From contig OZ241867.1 in the NCBI GenBank assembly GCA_965203175.1, forward strand, positions 4,832,001 to 4,896,000: a stretch of 64,000 nt of DNA. Reading direction: 5' to 3'. This DNA is from Candidatus Latescibacterota bacterium. Its GTDB lineage: Bacteria > Latescibacterota > UBA2968 > UBA8231. Position 1 is the stretch's first letter. Each line of letters opens with the position of its first letter. Position numbers and translations under genes: made by a program. Shown one piece after another: positions 18,693 to 27,931 of this stretch. The notes under the pieces are model-generated. The model was not told where the DNA came from and ran no database searches. It worked only from the letters and a program-made list of their open reading frames with translations.

Positions 18693-20621
18693 CTAAATGT
18701 TGGTTGGCAAATCGTACGTCGGCTCGTTCGCGTGCCGCTGCAAGCCGATTTCGAGGCGAATTTCAGTCCCCGGCGGCAGGGATACCGCAAAGTGCGCGTC
18801 GTGGACGGCAACCCGCTTGGTCTCCTGCTCTACAGGCGGCGCAGCATAGCCTCCCACCGCGCCCGGGTACGCGCTTTGCAAAGTGTTGTACTCGACCTCC
18901 CCAAACCGATGCTCGGCCAAGGTGCCAGCTTGCAGTAACACCTTGCGACTATCTAGCGCACTGAGGTTCACCAAGTGGACCACGAGGCGGTCCCGCTCCA
19001 CAGTCTCGACGAGTGCGGCCACATCCTCTGGCAGGCCCGGTCGCTTGCGCTCGGCGTCAAAGTAGCGCAGCGGGGCCATTAAGATGCCGCCGTTGTACAG
19101 GAGCTGCGGCGCGCCCAAGGTCAGTTGGATGAGCGCCTCGGTCGTCACCGGATTTAGCTGTTGCCACCAGTGGATGTGGTTGTCGCGGGGGTCGCTCTCG
19201 TCGCGGCGGATGAGCTCCATCCGCCGATAGACCTGCGAGAGAGCCGCTTGAAGGATCTGCACCGGGTAGTCGGGATTTTCGCCCTTGAGGTAGCAAAACC
19301 ACGGCGGCTCGTGGTACCCGTCCTCTTTGTTGTGGAACGGCACCACCATGCGCCAGTCGTAGCGCTCTTTGGCGCGGAGCATTTCGAGCATTTCCCAATC
19401 GACCGCTGCCCCGCTCGCGTTCCACAGCGCGGCCGGATACATGGCCGCCAGCGGCTGGAAGTCCGACCACCCCTTGGCCCCGTAGCAATAGGGCACCACA
19501 AAGCTGACCTTGTCGTCGCCGAGCGCGGTTAGCTGGCCGATCCAGTGCACGCCCAAGCTCATCTCGATTTGGCCCAAGTCAGCCATTTTCCCCTGCTCTA
19601 TAACCTTTCTGAGCTGGGTGCGGGGCAGTTCAAGGTACTTTTCCTCGCCGGTCAGCAGATAGCAATGGGTTCCAGCCAAAATGGCCGCCATGGCGATGTT
19701 ATATAACCCGTGCGGCCACGTCCAGCCGTACATGCTCCCATACCAGCGTCCTTCCATGTATTCGCCAACCTGTCCGCTCAGCCCCACATTGTCGGGCAAC
19801 AGGCCCCCATTGGCCGCGGCCCGTTCGATCCACGCATCCACGTATTCGAGCAGCCAAGCTCGGTATTTATCGTCGCCGGTCAGGTAGAAGGCGTTGGCGA
19901 TCAGCGAGGTGACGTGCAGGTTGGTGGCGCAATCGCCCCGGGTCATGCGCTCCTTCATCGCCTGCCCCATGCGCCGCGCCTTCGCCGGGTCTTTGAGGTC
20001 CTCAGGCGTGTCAATCCCCTCTAAGTCCTCGTAGGGCAGGCCGTAGCACGCCATCCCCGGGCTGTACCCATACGACGGCTCCTCGTTCTCTTCGTATAGC
20101 CAGCGCGGCCCCTTGCTGCCGTTGTGGGCGCACTTGATGATCTTGTGCTCTGGGTCGTAGTTGAGGGCCTCTGGGTCTTCGTTGAGATAGAAACCAGCAA
20201 AGCGCCGCGCCCGCGCCACATTCTCGGCGTGGGTTGGGTCGGCCATGCACAGCAGGTAGAAGTAGATGTAGCTCTCGCTCTGGTGGAACTGGTCGTAGCC
20301 GATCTCGTATTCTTTGTCCACGTGGCCGTATTCTACCATCAGCTCGGTAGTAGCTTCCCATTGCCGCTGACCCAGGGCGAGCAAATGGTCGCCGCCGCCG
20401 AGCAAGTACAGCAGCGGCCAGTTGTAGAAGCTCTCGTAGAAGTCGTCGGCCCCGTCGCGGGAGTGCCGCAAGCCGTCGCGCCAAATCAAGCGGCCGTCGG
20501 GATGGGCGTACTTTTCTAGGAATGGATGGACGGCGTCCTCCATCGTCTTGATTAACTGCCGCTCCAATACGGCCCAAGCCGGAGCCTGTACTAGTGGTAT
20601 AGCTGCTTCAATAACGGTCAT
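18693..20621 (-). CDS. Conserved hypothetical protein (possible alpha/alpha-toroid lyase or glycosidase)
   Basis: 642-aa ORF with host-like codon use; DG.DDFYE.F.NWP motif; fold is inference only. Confidence 0.7.
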   Translation of the reverse strand: MTVIEAAIPLVQAPAWAVLERQLIKTMEDAVHPFLEKYAHPDGRLIWRDGLRHSRDGADDFYESFYNWPLLYLLGGGDHLLALGQRQWEATTELMVEYGHVDKEYEIGYDQFHQSESYIYFYLLCMADPTHAENVARARRFAGFYLNEDPEALNYDPEHKIIKCAHNGSKGPRWLYEENEEPSYGYSPGMACYGLPYEDLEGIDTPEDLKDPAKARRMGQAMKERMTRGDCATNLHVTSLIANAFYLTGDDKYRAWLLEYVDAWIERAAANGGLLPDNVGLSGQVGEYMEGRWYGSMYGWTWPHGLYNIAMAAILAGTHCYLLTGEEKYLELPRTQLRKVIEQGKMADLGQIEMSLGVHWIGQLTALGDDKVSFVVPYCYGAKGWSDFQPLAAMYPAALWNASGAAVDWEMLEMLRAKERYDWRMVVPFHNKEDGYHEPPWFCYLKGENPDYPVQILQAALSQVYRRMELIRRDESDPRDNHIHWWQQLNPVTTEALIQLTLGAPQLLYNGGILMAPLRYFDAERKRPGLPEDVAALVETVERDRLVVHLVNLSALDSRKVLLQAGTLAEHRFGEVEYNTLQSAYPGAVGGYAAPPVEQETKRVAVHDAHFAVSLPPGTEIRLEIGLQRHANEPTYDLPTNI

Positions 20622-20647
20622 AACTTCTTCTCTCCCTTGCTATTATC

Positions 20648-21403
20648 TTACCCTTTTCCTCCCTTCACACTCCACACCGACCCCGTAGTGTACGTATTCC
20701 GTTCCGAACACAAAAACTCAATCACCTCGGCCACCTCCTCCGCGTCTGAGTAGCGTCCGATCGGGTTGCCCGGATCGCGCAGGTGCTCCTCGTCAAAGCG
20801 CGGCACCACCATGTCGGTCAGCGCCCGGCCTGGCTCGACGCCGTTGACGAACACTCCCTGCCGTGGCCAAGCGTCGCCCAGTGCCTGAATAAACGACCAT
20901 ACCGCCCCCTTGGACACCGAGTACGGCACCTGATAGGGACTGCCGTGGCGCCCACCCGAAGAAATCGTCACGCAGCGCCCCCACCCCCGCTCCAACATGT
21001 GCGGGACCGCCGCCTGATGCGCGTGGTACACCCCGTGGACATTGATCTGCATAACCTTGGCAAACTGCGCGGCCGTCTGCTCGAAAAACGGCTTCTCCCA
21101 CCCCAAGATACCGGCGCTGCACACCAGAATATCCAGCCGCCCAAAGGTCTCCACCGCTTGGGCTACTGCCTCGTGCACCTGCCCCTCGTCGGTCACGTCC
21201 GCCTCGACAAAGAGCGCCTGCTGTCCCATCGCCTCGATCTCCCTCACCCGCTCTTGTGCCGGTTCCGCCAGCACATCGACAATGACAATGTGCCGCCCGG
21301 CCTCGGCCAAGCGCAGTGCGGTCGCACCCCCGATGCCGCGCGCGCCCCCCGTAATCAGGGCCACCCGCTGCTCCACAGGTGCTGCAAATCGCAAATGTGC
21401 CAT
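20648..21403 (-). CDS. SDR family oxidoreductase
   Basis: TGGARGIG, DV, SAG, YSVSK, NGVEPG. Confidence 0.93.
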   Translation of the reverse strand: MAHLRFAAPVEQRVALITGGARGIGGATALRLAEAGRHIVIVDVLAEPAQERVREIEAMGQQALFVEADVTDEGQVHEAVAQAVETFGRLDILVCSAGILGWEKPFFEQTAAQFAKVMQINVHGVYHAHQAAVPHMLERGWGRCVTISSGGRHGSPYQVPYSVSKGAVWSFIQALGDAWPRQGVFVNGVEPGRALTDMVVPRFDEEHLRDPGNPIGRYSDAEEVAEVIEFLCSERNTYTTGSVWSVKGGKG

Positions 21404-21510
21404 ATTACCCTCCCCTTGCTTGCGCGGTCGCGCGGTTTTTATAAAAATAAGCAGCCTAGCGCCACTAATAACCAACCCTGCCCCTTTACGATATATATGG
21501 AGCATACAAA

Positions 21511-22638
21511 ATGAAAATCGAACAGATCGAATCCTTCCTCATCGGCAACGGCTACGTCGTCCGCATCACCACCGACACCGGCCTGACCGGCATTGGCCAA
21601 ACCGCCTGCTGGGGCTACCCCACCGCCGTGCAGAGCATCGTCGATGTCTTCAAAGAATACCTCATCGGCCAAAATCCCCTCCGCATCGAGCACCACTGGC
21701 AGCACCTCTACCGCATGGCACCCTTCCGGGGCACGGCCATCATGGGGGCTGTCTCAGCCGTGGATATCGCGCTGTGGGACATCAAGGGCAAGCACTTTGA
21801 GGTGCCGGTGTGGGAGCTATTGGGCGGCAACGTCCGCGACAAAATTCGCCTGCACCTGCTCTCTGGGGGCAGCACCCCAGAAGACAACTTCAATGCCGCG
21901 CAAGCCGCTGTCGCCGAGGGATTTACCGCCATCAAGTTCGACCCCATCACAACGGACTGCCACGACAAGGGGCAAGCGCGGATGATTCAAACCGCCGTCG
22001 AGCTGACCGCGGCTGCGCGCGAAGCCGGCGGCCCGGATTTGGACCTAATCATCGAACTGCACCGCAAGCTGACGCCTATGGTCTCCCTAGCCCTCGCCGA
22101 GGCCCTCAAACCCTTCCACGTCTTCTTCCTTGAAGACCCGATCCAGATCGACAGCATCTCAGCCCAAGCCCATATCGCGCAAAAATCCACCGTGCCCTTT
22201 GGCAATGGCGAGCGCTTTGTGTCTATATGGGAGTTCCGCGAGTTGTTGGAGCAGGGCGGCCCCCAGTATTTGCGGCCGGATGTGGCCTTGGCCGGCGGCA
22301 TCTCGCACTGCAAAAAAATCGCCGCCATCGGCGAAGCCTACCACTGCGCAGTAGTGACCCACAACTTCCTAGGACCGCTGACTACCGCCGCCTCCCTGCA
22401 CCTCGACGCCTCGATTCCCAACTTTATTACCCAAGAGTACACCAAAGGCGACGAAGCCCCGCACAACGCGATCTACCGGTGCGCATATGAGCGCGAAGGC
22501 GGGTACATCCCGATTCCCCAAGCTCCGGGCCTCGGCGTGGAGCTAGACGATGCATTAATCGAGCAAACGCCCTACAAACCCATCAACAACGCCTCTACCC
22601 CACTGCGCGTCGACGGCTCGGTATCCTATGCCGTATGA
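21511..22638 (+). CDS. Mandelate racemase/galactonate dehydratase (DgoD-like) enolase-superfamily enzyme
   Basis: SAVDIALWDIKGK..VPVWELLGG, EDP, GER, PD...GGI, HN, PGLGVELD. Confidence 0.9.
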   Translation: MKIEQIESFLIGNGYVVRITTDTGLTGIGQTACWGYPTAVQSIVDVFKEYLIGQNPLRIEHHWQHLYRMAPFRGTAIMGAVSAVDIALWDIKGKHFEVPVWELLGGNVRDKIRLHLLSGGSTPEDNFNAAQAAVAEGFTAIKFDPITTDCHDKGQARMIQTAVELTAAAREAGGPDLDLIIELHRKLTPMVSLALAEALKPFHVFFLEDPIQIDSISAQAHIAQKSTVPFGNGERFVSIWEFRELLEQGGPQYLRPDVALAGGISHCKKIAAIGEAYHCAVVTHNFLGPLTTAASLHLDASIPNFITQEYTKGDEAPHNAIYRCAYEREGGYIPIPQAPGLGVELDDALIEQTPYKPINNASTPLRVDGSVSYAV

Positions 22639-22711
22639 GAAAAGCCGCCGACTGACCTCTTCAGCCAAGTAGAAACATGCCGACAACCACTACCCTAACA
22701 CAGGAGGCCAC

Positions 22712-23359
22712 ATGAACGTCCTAATTTTATCCGGCTCAAACCATGGGTTTGCGGCCAGTGCCCCGGTCATCCACGAGTTTTTGAGCACGCACGACGATCT
22801 GTCCGTCGCGCTTGACGACAACAAGGACGTGTTGGCGTCAGACGGTTTGCGCGACTTTGATGTGCTGATCCACGGCTCGGGCTTTACGCGAGGCGAGCGG
22901 CAGGAAGACGGCACCGTGCAGCAAGTACCCGAGCTGACGCCCGCGCAAGAAGAAGGGGTATTCGACTTTGTCGCCAGTGGCAAAGGGTTGGTCGGCATCC
23001 ACGGCACTGCGTGGTGTATTGGCGGCAAAGCCGTCGATCTGCTTGGCGGTCACGCCAACTGGCACCCGCCGGGATCGGCCTTCACCGTCTCTATCATTGA
23101 CGGCGACCACCCCGTTACGCAGGACGTGCCCGATTTTGACGTGGAAGACGAGATCTACATGTCGGCGTGGGACCCAGCTATCCGCATCTTGGCCACCGCC
23201 GAGTGGAGCGGCAAGCAGCATCCCCTAGCGTGGGTCAAACCCTATGGCGCAGGACGGGTGTTTTACACGGCTTTGGGGCACGGCCCGGGAACATTTGCGC
23301 GCCTAGGCATGCAGCAGATGATGGCGCAAGGAGTGCGGTGGGCCGGGGGGAGCCTATAA
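22712..23359 (+). CDS. ThuA domain protein
   Basis: GKGLVGIHG, LGG...HPP, HPVT, DEIY, YGAGRVFYTALGH. Confidence 0.9.
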   Translation: MNVLILSGSNHGFAASAPVIHEFLSTHDDLSVALDDNKDVLASDGLRDFDVLIHGSGFTRGERQEDGTVQQVPELTPAQEEGVFDFVASGKGLVGIHGTAWCIGGKAVDLLGGHANWHPPGSAFTVSIIDGDHPVTQDVPDFDVEDEIYMSAWDPAIRILATAEWSGKQHPLAWVKPYGAGRVFYTALGHGPGTFARLGMQQMMAQGVRWAGGSL

Positions 23360-25030
23360 AAACCCACCCTGCGCGTCCGACCACTGCCCACAGCGGATTT
23401 CCAAGGTCTGCGCCACCGGCGTCCGCAGGGCGATGAGCACCCGCAAACGCTCCTTGTCGATCTCGCTATTGCGCATCCGCCACATGGTGTGATCCATGGC
23501 TCCCGGGCCAAGGCGGATGGCGTCGTCGCCCACCCGGTAGAGCGCGTAGCCCGCTTTGAGAAAGACCGTGTGTCCGGCGCGGCCCTCGACAAGCGCGCTG
23601 TCCATCTCCAAGGTGCCACCCGGCGCGAAAACCCCCTCAATCTGAAAGGGCACCCCATCGACGCCCCCTGAGGTGCGGATGTGAAGATCAAAACCGCCGG
23701 GCACCTCCTCAATGTGCAGTTCGACTTCCAGCGGCGGCAACTCATACGTCGCCCGCCGACCTCGCACCTCTTGCCAATTGTCGGCATCGACTCGCTCGGC
23801 AATCGGCAGCCAGTAAATTCCCCCTACGTAATCCTTTTCTAGGTAGATGCGGTTGCGGCCCTTGTGCTGCATCCGCACCCCCTTGCCCGCCGCAGCAAAT
23901 TCCTCACCGATAAATTGTCCAGTAGCAAAATAGGTCGATGATATCTTCACTGCCGCCAATTCGGCCTGCCCGCAAACCACGCTAAAAGGCGCGGTTAGGC
24001 CAGACGCAGTCGTAGCACTCACCGCGCCCTGGCGCACTCGCCACAGACCGGACGCGGGATAGACGCGGCTATAGCGCTCGGGCAAAGGCATCCGCTCTAT
24101 ACACGTCGCTCGCCACTCGGGGTGCAGGACGTAATTCGGTAGGCAGATCAAACCGCTGCCGCCGCGTGCGACCAACAGGTCGGCCACGGCTGCGTAAAAG
24201 CCATTGCCGTCTAAATGAGCCAAGGCGTGATAGCCGTCGGCCAAACCGGTTGGCACGGCCCGCGTATCGCGGTCTTGCCGCTTGGAAATGCTCGTCACTG
24301 CGGTGGCGTCGGCGTGGAGGAGGTGGTAGGACAAATCCAAATTGCGCCGTACAGGCTCCAGCAGGTCGGGCCGTGCAAGCACGTGTGCCGCACGGATTAA
24401 AGCGCGGTTGACCACCGCATTGTACACACCCGTGCTCCGCTCGCTGTACTCGCCATCGGCGTTGATGTCAATACCTTCGCCGAGGTACGCATCCACGGTC
24501 GTGCTCACTTCAAGTTCTGGATAGAGGACTTGGGCTTGGGCCAATGCGGCGACTAGCACCCAGCGGTGATTGGGCGTGTGGAAGCCGCCGGCGACCATGC
24601 CCGGGGCTGCGGTCTGTATCAACTCGCCCAAGGCGTCCGCAATCTCGGCGGCTCCCTCGTCGTCTGTAGCCTGTTCCCGCGCCGCAAACACGACCGGCGC
24701 GACCGCCTGCACCACAAAGCCTGTGTCCGGGGCCGAGTCAAAGTTGGTGGTCAGTAAGTCGAAACAACCCGACGGATTTCGATGCCAGCAGGCAAACTCA
24801 GCGGCGAGGAGGATCCGCTGCAAAAGCTCTTTGTTTCGGTAATGGCGCGACTCAGGTAGGAGATAGGCGTAGCCAAGCGACGCGACCGCGCTGATGCTTT
24901 GCGAACCCACCAACCGGTCGCCGTCCATAAAGCCGCCGCAATAGGGGCTTTCAGCGTCCAGCACTTGGCGCGTCAGCACGCCCTCGACCTGCTGGTCTAG
25001 CTCGCCGACGAGCGGCGCGTACGCTATCAC
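23354..25030 (-). CDS. Hypothetical protein (possible heparinase II/III-like toroid plus beta-sandwich)
   Basis: 558-aa ORF; GFHTPNHRW, DGEYSERS..YN motifs; coupled to the Gfo gene; function is inference. Confidence 0.65.
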   Translation of the reverse strand: MIAYAPLVGELDQQVEGVLTRQVLDAESPYCGGFMDGDRLVGSQSISAVASLGYAYLLPESRHYRNKELLQRILLAAEFACWHRNPSGCFDLLTTNFDSAPDTGFVVQAVAPVVFAAREQATDDEGAAEIADALGELIQTAAPGMVAGGFHTPNHRWVLVAALAQAQVLYPELEVSTTVDAYLGEGIDINADGEYSERSTGVYNAVVNRALIRAAHVLARPDLLEPVRRNLDLSYHLLHADATAVTSISKRQDRDTRAVPTGLADGYHALAHLDGNGFYAAVADLLVARGGSGLICLPNYVLHPEWRATCIERMPLPERYSRVYPASGLWRVRQGAVSATTASGLTAPFSVVCGQAELAAVKISSTYFATGQFIGEEFAAAGKGVRMQHKGRNRIYLEKDYVGGIYWLPIAERVDADNWQEVRGRRATYELPPLEVELHIEEVPGGFDLHIRTSGGVDGVPFQIEGVFAPGGTLEMDSALVEGRAGHTVFLKAGYALYRVGDDAIRLGPGAMDHTMWRMRNSEIDKERLRVLIALRTPVAQTLEIRCGQWSDAQGGFL

Positions 25031-25992
25031 CGCCGCTTCTGCTCCACCGACCGATACGCCGCTTCGGTGAATTTGGCTACTGCCACGGCAAAATCCGGCC
25101 GTTCATAGCCCTTGCCGCCGTTGCGAATCCAGCGCAAAAAGGCCGCGTCCGGCGTATCTTCCCGCACCCGCTTGGGCACTTCCAATGGCTTCCCATTCAG
25201 CAACACTTCCCGCACCTCCCACTGGTGTAAATGAAAAACCAAGGTTCCCTTGTCGCCGTGGATGGACAGCCGCTCGTCGTGCCGGCTCGCGCTGCCGACA
25301 AAGCTCAGCGACCCCAGCGCGCCGCCGCGAAACCGCGCATTGACTACGGCATCCATATCCACCCGCTTGCCCCGCTTGTCCATGAAGGCCGAGACCTTTA
25401 CCGGCGTCAAACCAGTAATCCACAGAACCGCGGCTACCAAGTGACTGCCGGTGTCCATGAACATCCCACCTCCTGCCAACTCGGGTACCGTCCGCCATCC
25501 CCTGCCACCCCAATTTTGCGTCACGTACGCGACGACTCCCTTGAGCTCGCCGAGCGCCCCCTTCTGCACCAGCTCCCGCGCATAGGCATACGCCGGGTAA
25601 AAATTTCGTTGATAGCTAACGACCAACACGCGCTCCCGCTCAGCAGCCAGATCGATTAGCGCCTGGGCGTGGCGCGCCTTTGTCGTCAGAGGTTTCTCGA
25701 CCAAAACGTGCAGATCGCGCTCTAGCGCATAGCGTGCCTGCGAGTAGTGAGTCGAGTGCGGCGAAGAAATCAACACCCCGTCAAGCGCTTCTGCGACAAT
25801 CATCTGCCGGTAGTCGGCGTAATATGCAGCCTCAGCTCCCCACGCTTCCAGCAATTGCCGCGCCGATGCCTCCTCAGGGTCGGCAACCGCCACCAGCTCT
25901 ACGCGGCCATCGACTTTTAGCCGGGGAATGTGCGCACCGCGCATGTTGCCGCCACAGCCGATTAGGCCGACGCGAATTTTCCTTTTTGCCAT
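25027..25992 (-). CDS. Gfo/Idh/MocA oxidoreductase
   Basis: GLIGCGG, HVLVEKP, GGG.FMD.GSH. Confidence 0.93.
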   Translation of the reverse strand: MAKRKIRVGLIGCGGNMRGAHIPRLKVDGRVELVAVADPEEASARQLLEAWGAEAAYYADYRQMIVAEALDGVLISSPHSTHYSQARYALERDLHVLVEKPLTTKARHAQALIDLAAERERVLVVSYQRNFYPAYAYARELVQKGALGELKGVVAYVTQNWGGRGWRTVPELAGGGMFMDTGSHLVAAVLWITGLTPVKVSAFMDKRGKRVDMDAVVNARFRGGALGSLSFVGSASRHDERLSIHGDKGTLVFHLHQWEVREVLLNGKPLEVPKRVREDTPDAAFLRWIRNGGKGYERPDFAVAVAKFTEAAYRSVEQKRR

Positions 25993-26051
25993 TGCGTCCT
26001 CTTAATCTACTAGGTTGTAGTAGGGGCCTTCCCAAGCGGAGAATAAGAATC

Positions 26052-26552
26052 TCAGCCGAGGAAAGCATTAGGTTCATTATCTGGCTCTCGCGCTTTGAGC
26101 CTTTGATCCTTTGTCCAGATATGTACTCGCCATGCTTGGCCCCTATAAGTGGTCTGACGAAGACGATCTGCCTCGTCAATGAGAGAGGTATCAACAAGGC
26201 TCATCCCTTCTTCACCAGAGTGTTCAACAAAGCCGTTTATAAGTCTCTCTACTGCGCTCCTGTCAATTGGTGGCAAAAGATTCCAAGGAAGACCTTCACG
26301 GATGCTGGAGACTACGGTATCCCTGAGCTTCATCGATAGCTTTCTTCGTGACCTACCATCTGGTACATCGGCGATGTGGCCTGCCAGTTCAAAGATTGCC
26401 GGCAGGCTAACGTACAATCTCGTCTCAGCCTCTACCGCGACTGCAAAACGCTTTCTTACCTCAGAGATCGCCTCTGCTGTGGAATAGTGGGGCACAGCAA
26501 AAAGCTCGCAGAGATAGCTTGTATCTACCACGTAAACCGGGGTGACCGTCAC
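26052..26552 (-). CDS. PIN-domain protein
   Basis: VVDTS, AIFELAGH, SLVDTSLI, WTKDQRL give the D-E-D-D acidic tetrad; GTGA overlap with the ATPase stop. Confidence 0.75.
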   Translation of the reverse strand: MTVTPVYVVDTSYLCELFAVPHYSTAEAISEVRKRFAVAVEAETRLYVSLPAIFELAGHIADVPDGRSRRKLSMKLRDTVVSSIREGLPWNLLPPIDRSAVERLINGFVEHSGEEGMSLVDTSLIDEADRLRQTTYRGQAWRVHIWTKDQRLKAREPDNEPNAFLG

Positions 26553-27832
26553 GACAAGTCCTCTAGCCAAGCCAGCGTCTTCTTCTTTTGCTGTTCCTCA
26601 AATTCTGGAGCCAGATACTGATCAACAACCCGTCGCGTCACCAGATCGCCAAGGCGACCGCGCTCTAGGAACTCGTCGTATCGAGGCAGTTCGTCGAGCC
26701 GAACTAGGCTGGCGCTCTCATTCTCGTCGTCCCAAGTACATAAGACCACTCCATCTAGCTGTTCTCGCGTGAGAAAGTTCATAGTGGCTGGATTGTGCGT
26801 GGTTACCAAAACCCGCAAACGGCGATTTTTGGCGACTTCGGTAATGGCTTCAGTGAGAACCCCAACTCGACTAGGGTGCAGTCCGTTATCAAACTCCTCA
26901 ACAACGATACGAGAGCCTTCGGAGACCGTCTCAAACGCAGTGAGAATCGCCAGTGTTCGCAGGGTTCCATCCGATAAAACACGCGCATCAACTTTGTATC
27001 CTGAACTCTCTTGAAAGCCAAAAACCACGTCTCCCAAATCTGTCAGTGTGAAGTCGAACCCCACATAAGGCTCGTCAGGCAACTGACGAATTTTCTTAAG
27101 AAGCCGTTGTAAGGTCGCTCGCTGATCTTCATCTCCCTTGCTGAGTCCATACAAAACGGCCGACAGATTGGAGCCATTCCTCTTCAGAATGGTGTCTCCA
27201 ACGCGTTCATAGCTGTGGATCAGCTTAGGGTCGGGATCAAAGACAAAAGACGCTTGCAGGTGCAACATGATGCCCTGTACGGCCTGAAGCCAATTCTTGT
27301 ACGATAGATTATTCGAGGCGGCGAATTCTCGATATTGTGATAGCACGGATCGGTCCGAGGACACCTGTACTTGCGGCTTTCTGCCGCCTCGTGCGAAATT
27401 GTCGTACTGGACCGTGAGATCACGGGATGTAGAATCCGGCTGTTTAGGTACGGTCTTATAAAGCGTCCGGTTTCCAACCTTGAGCCCCTCGTCTATAATC
27501 TGCGGAGACGGGCGTGTGCAGATTTTAACGTCATATCGAAACGGGCGTGGCTCGCCTTTAAACATGACATTTGCTGAGAAACCGAGTTGGAACCGATCTT
27601 TCCCCTCCCGTCCACAAGCCTGCAATCCGCCCCGTACTTCAAGGCCACTACTTCCCCTCCCAATGTCGCCGATCTCGTATAGCGGCTGCCCACGAGCGAC
27701 GAAGGACAGCAGTTCAATCGCCTCAATGACGTTACTCTTTCCGGATCCGTTAGGGCCTATTAGCAAGCTGAACGGTTTGAGCAGGTCAATCTGGGCGTCG
27801 GCAAATCCCTTGTAGTTTCTTAGATGGTGCAT
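26549..27832 (-). CDS. ABC-type/AAA_21-like ATPase
   Basis: LRNYKGF, Walker A GPNGSGKS, LSDGT signature, VVEEFDNGLHP, TTHN; RBS AGGAGA; no TM partner. Confidence 0.88.
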   Translation of the reverse strand: MHHLRNYKGFADAQIDLLKPFSLLIGPNGSGKSNVIEAIELLSFVARGQPLYEIGDIGRGSSGLEVRGGLQACGREGKDRFQLGFSANVMFKGEPRPFRYDVKICTRPSPQIIDEGLKVGNRTLYKTVPKQPDSTSRDLTVQYDNFARGGRKPQVQVSSDRSVLSQYREFAASNNLSYKNWLQAVQGIMLHLQASFVFDPDPKLIHSYERVGDTILKRNGSNLSAVLYGLSKGDEDQRATLQRLLKKIRQLPDEPYVGFDFTLTDLGDVVFGFQESSGYKVDARVLSDGTLRTLAILTAFETVSEGSRIVVEEFDNGLHPSRVGVLTEAITEVAKNRRLRVLVTTHNPATMNFLTREQLDGVVLCTWDDENESASLVRLDELPRYDEFLERGRLGDLVTRRVVDQYLAPEFEEQQKKKTLAWLEDLS

Positions 27833-27931
27833 GTAGTCGCTCTCCTGAAATGTGCTTTTCTCCGCAGAGAATCTCCTGCGGTGCGACTGTGCAATTTACA
27901 TAGATCTACGGGGTGGCTCCGCCTCGGCGTC

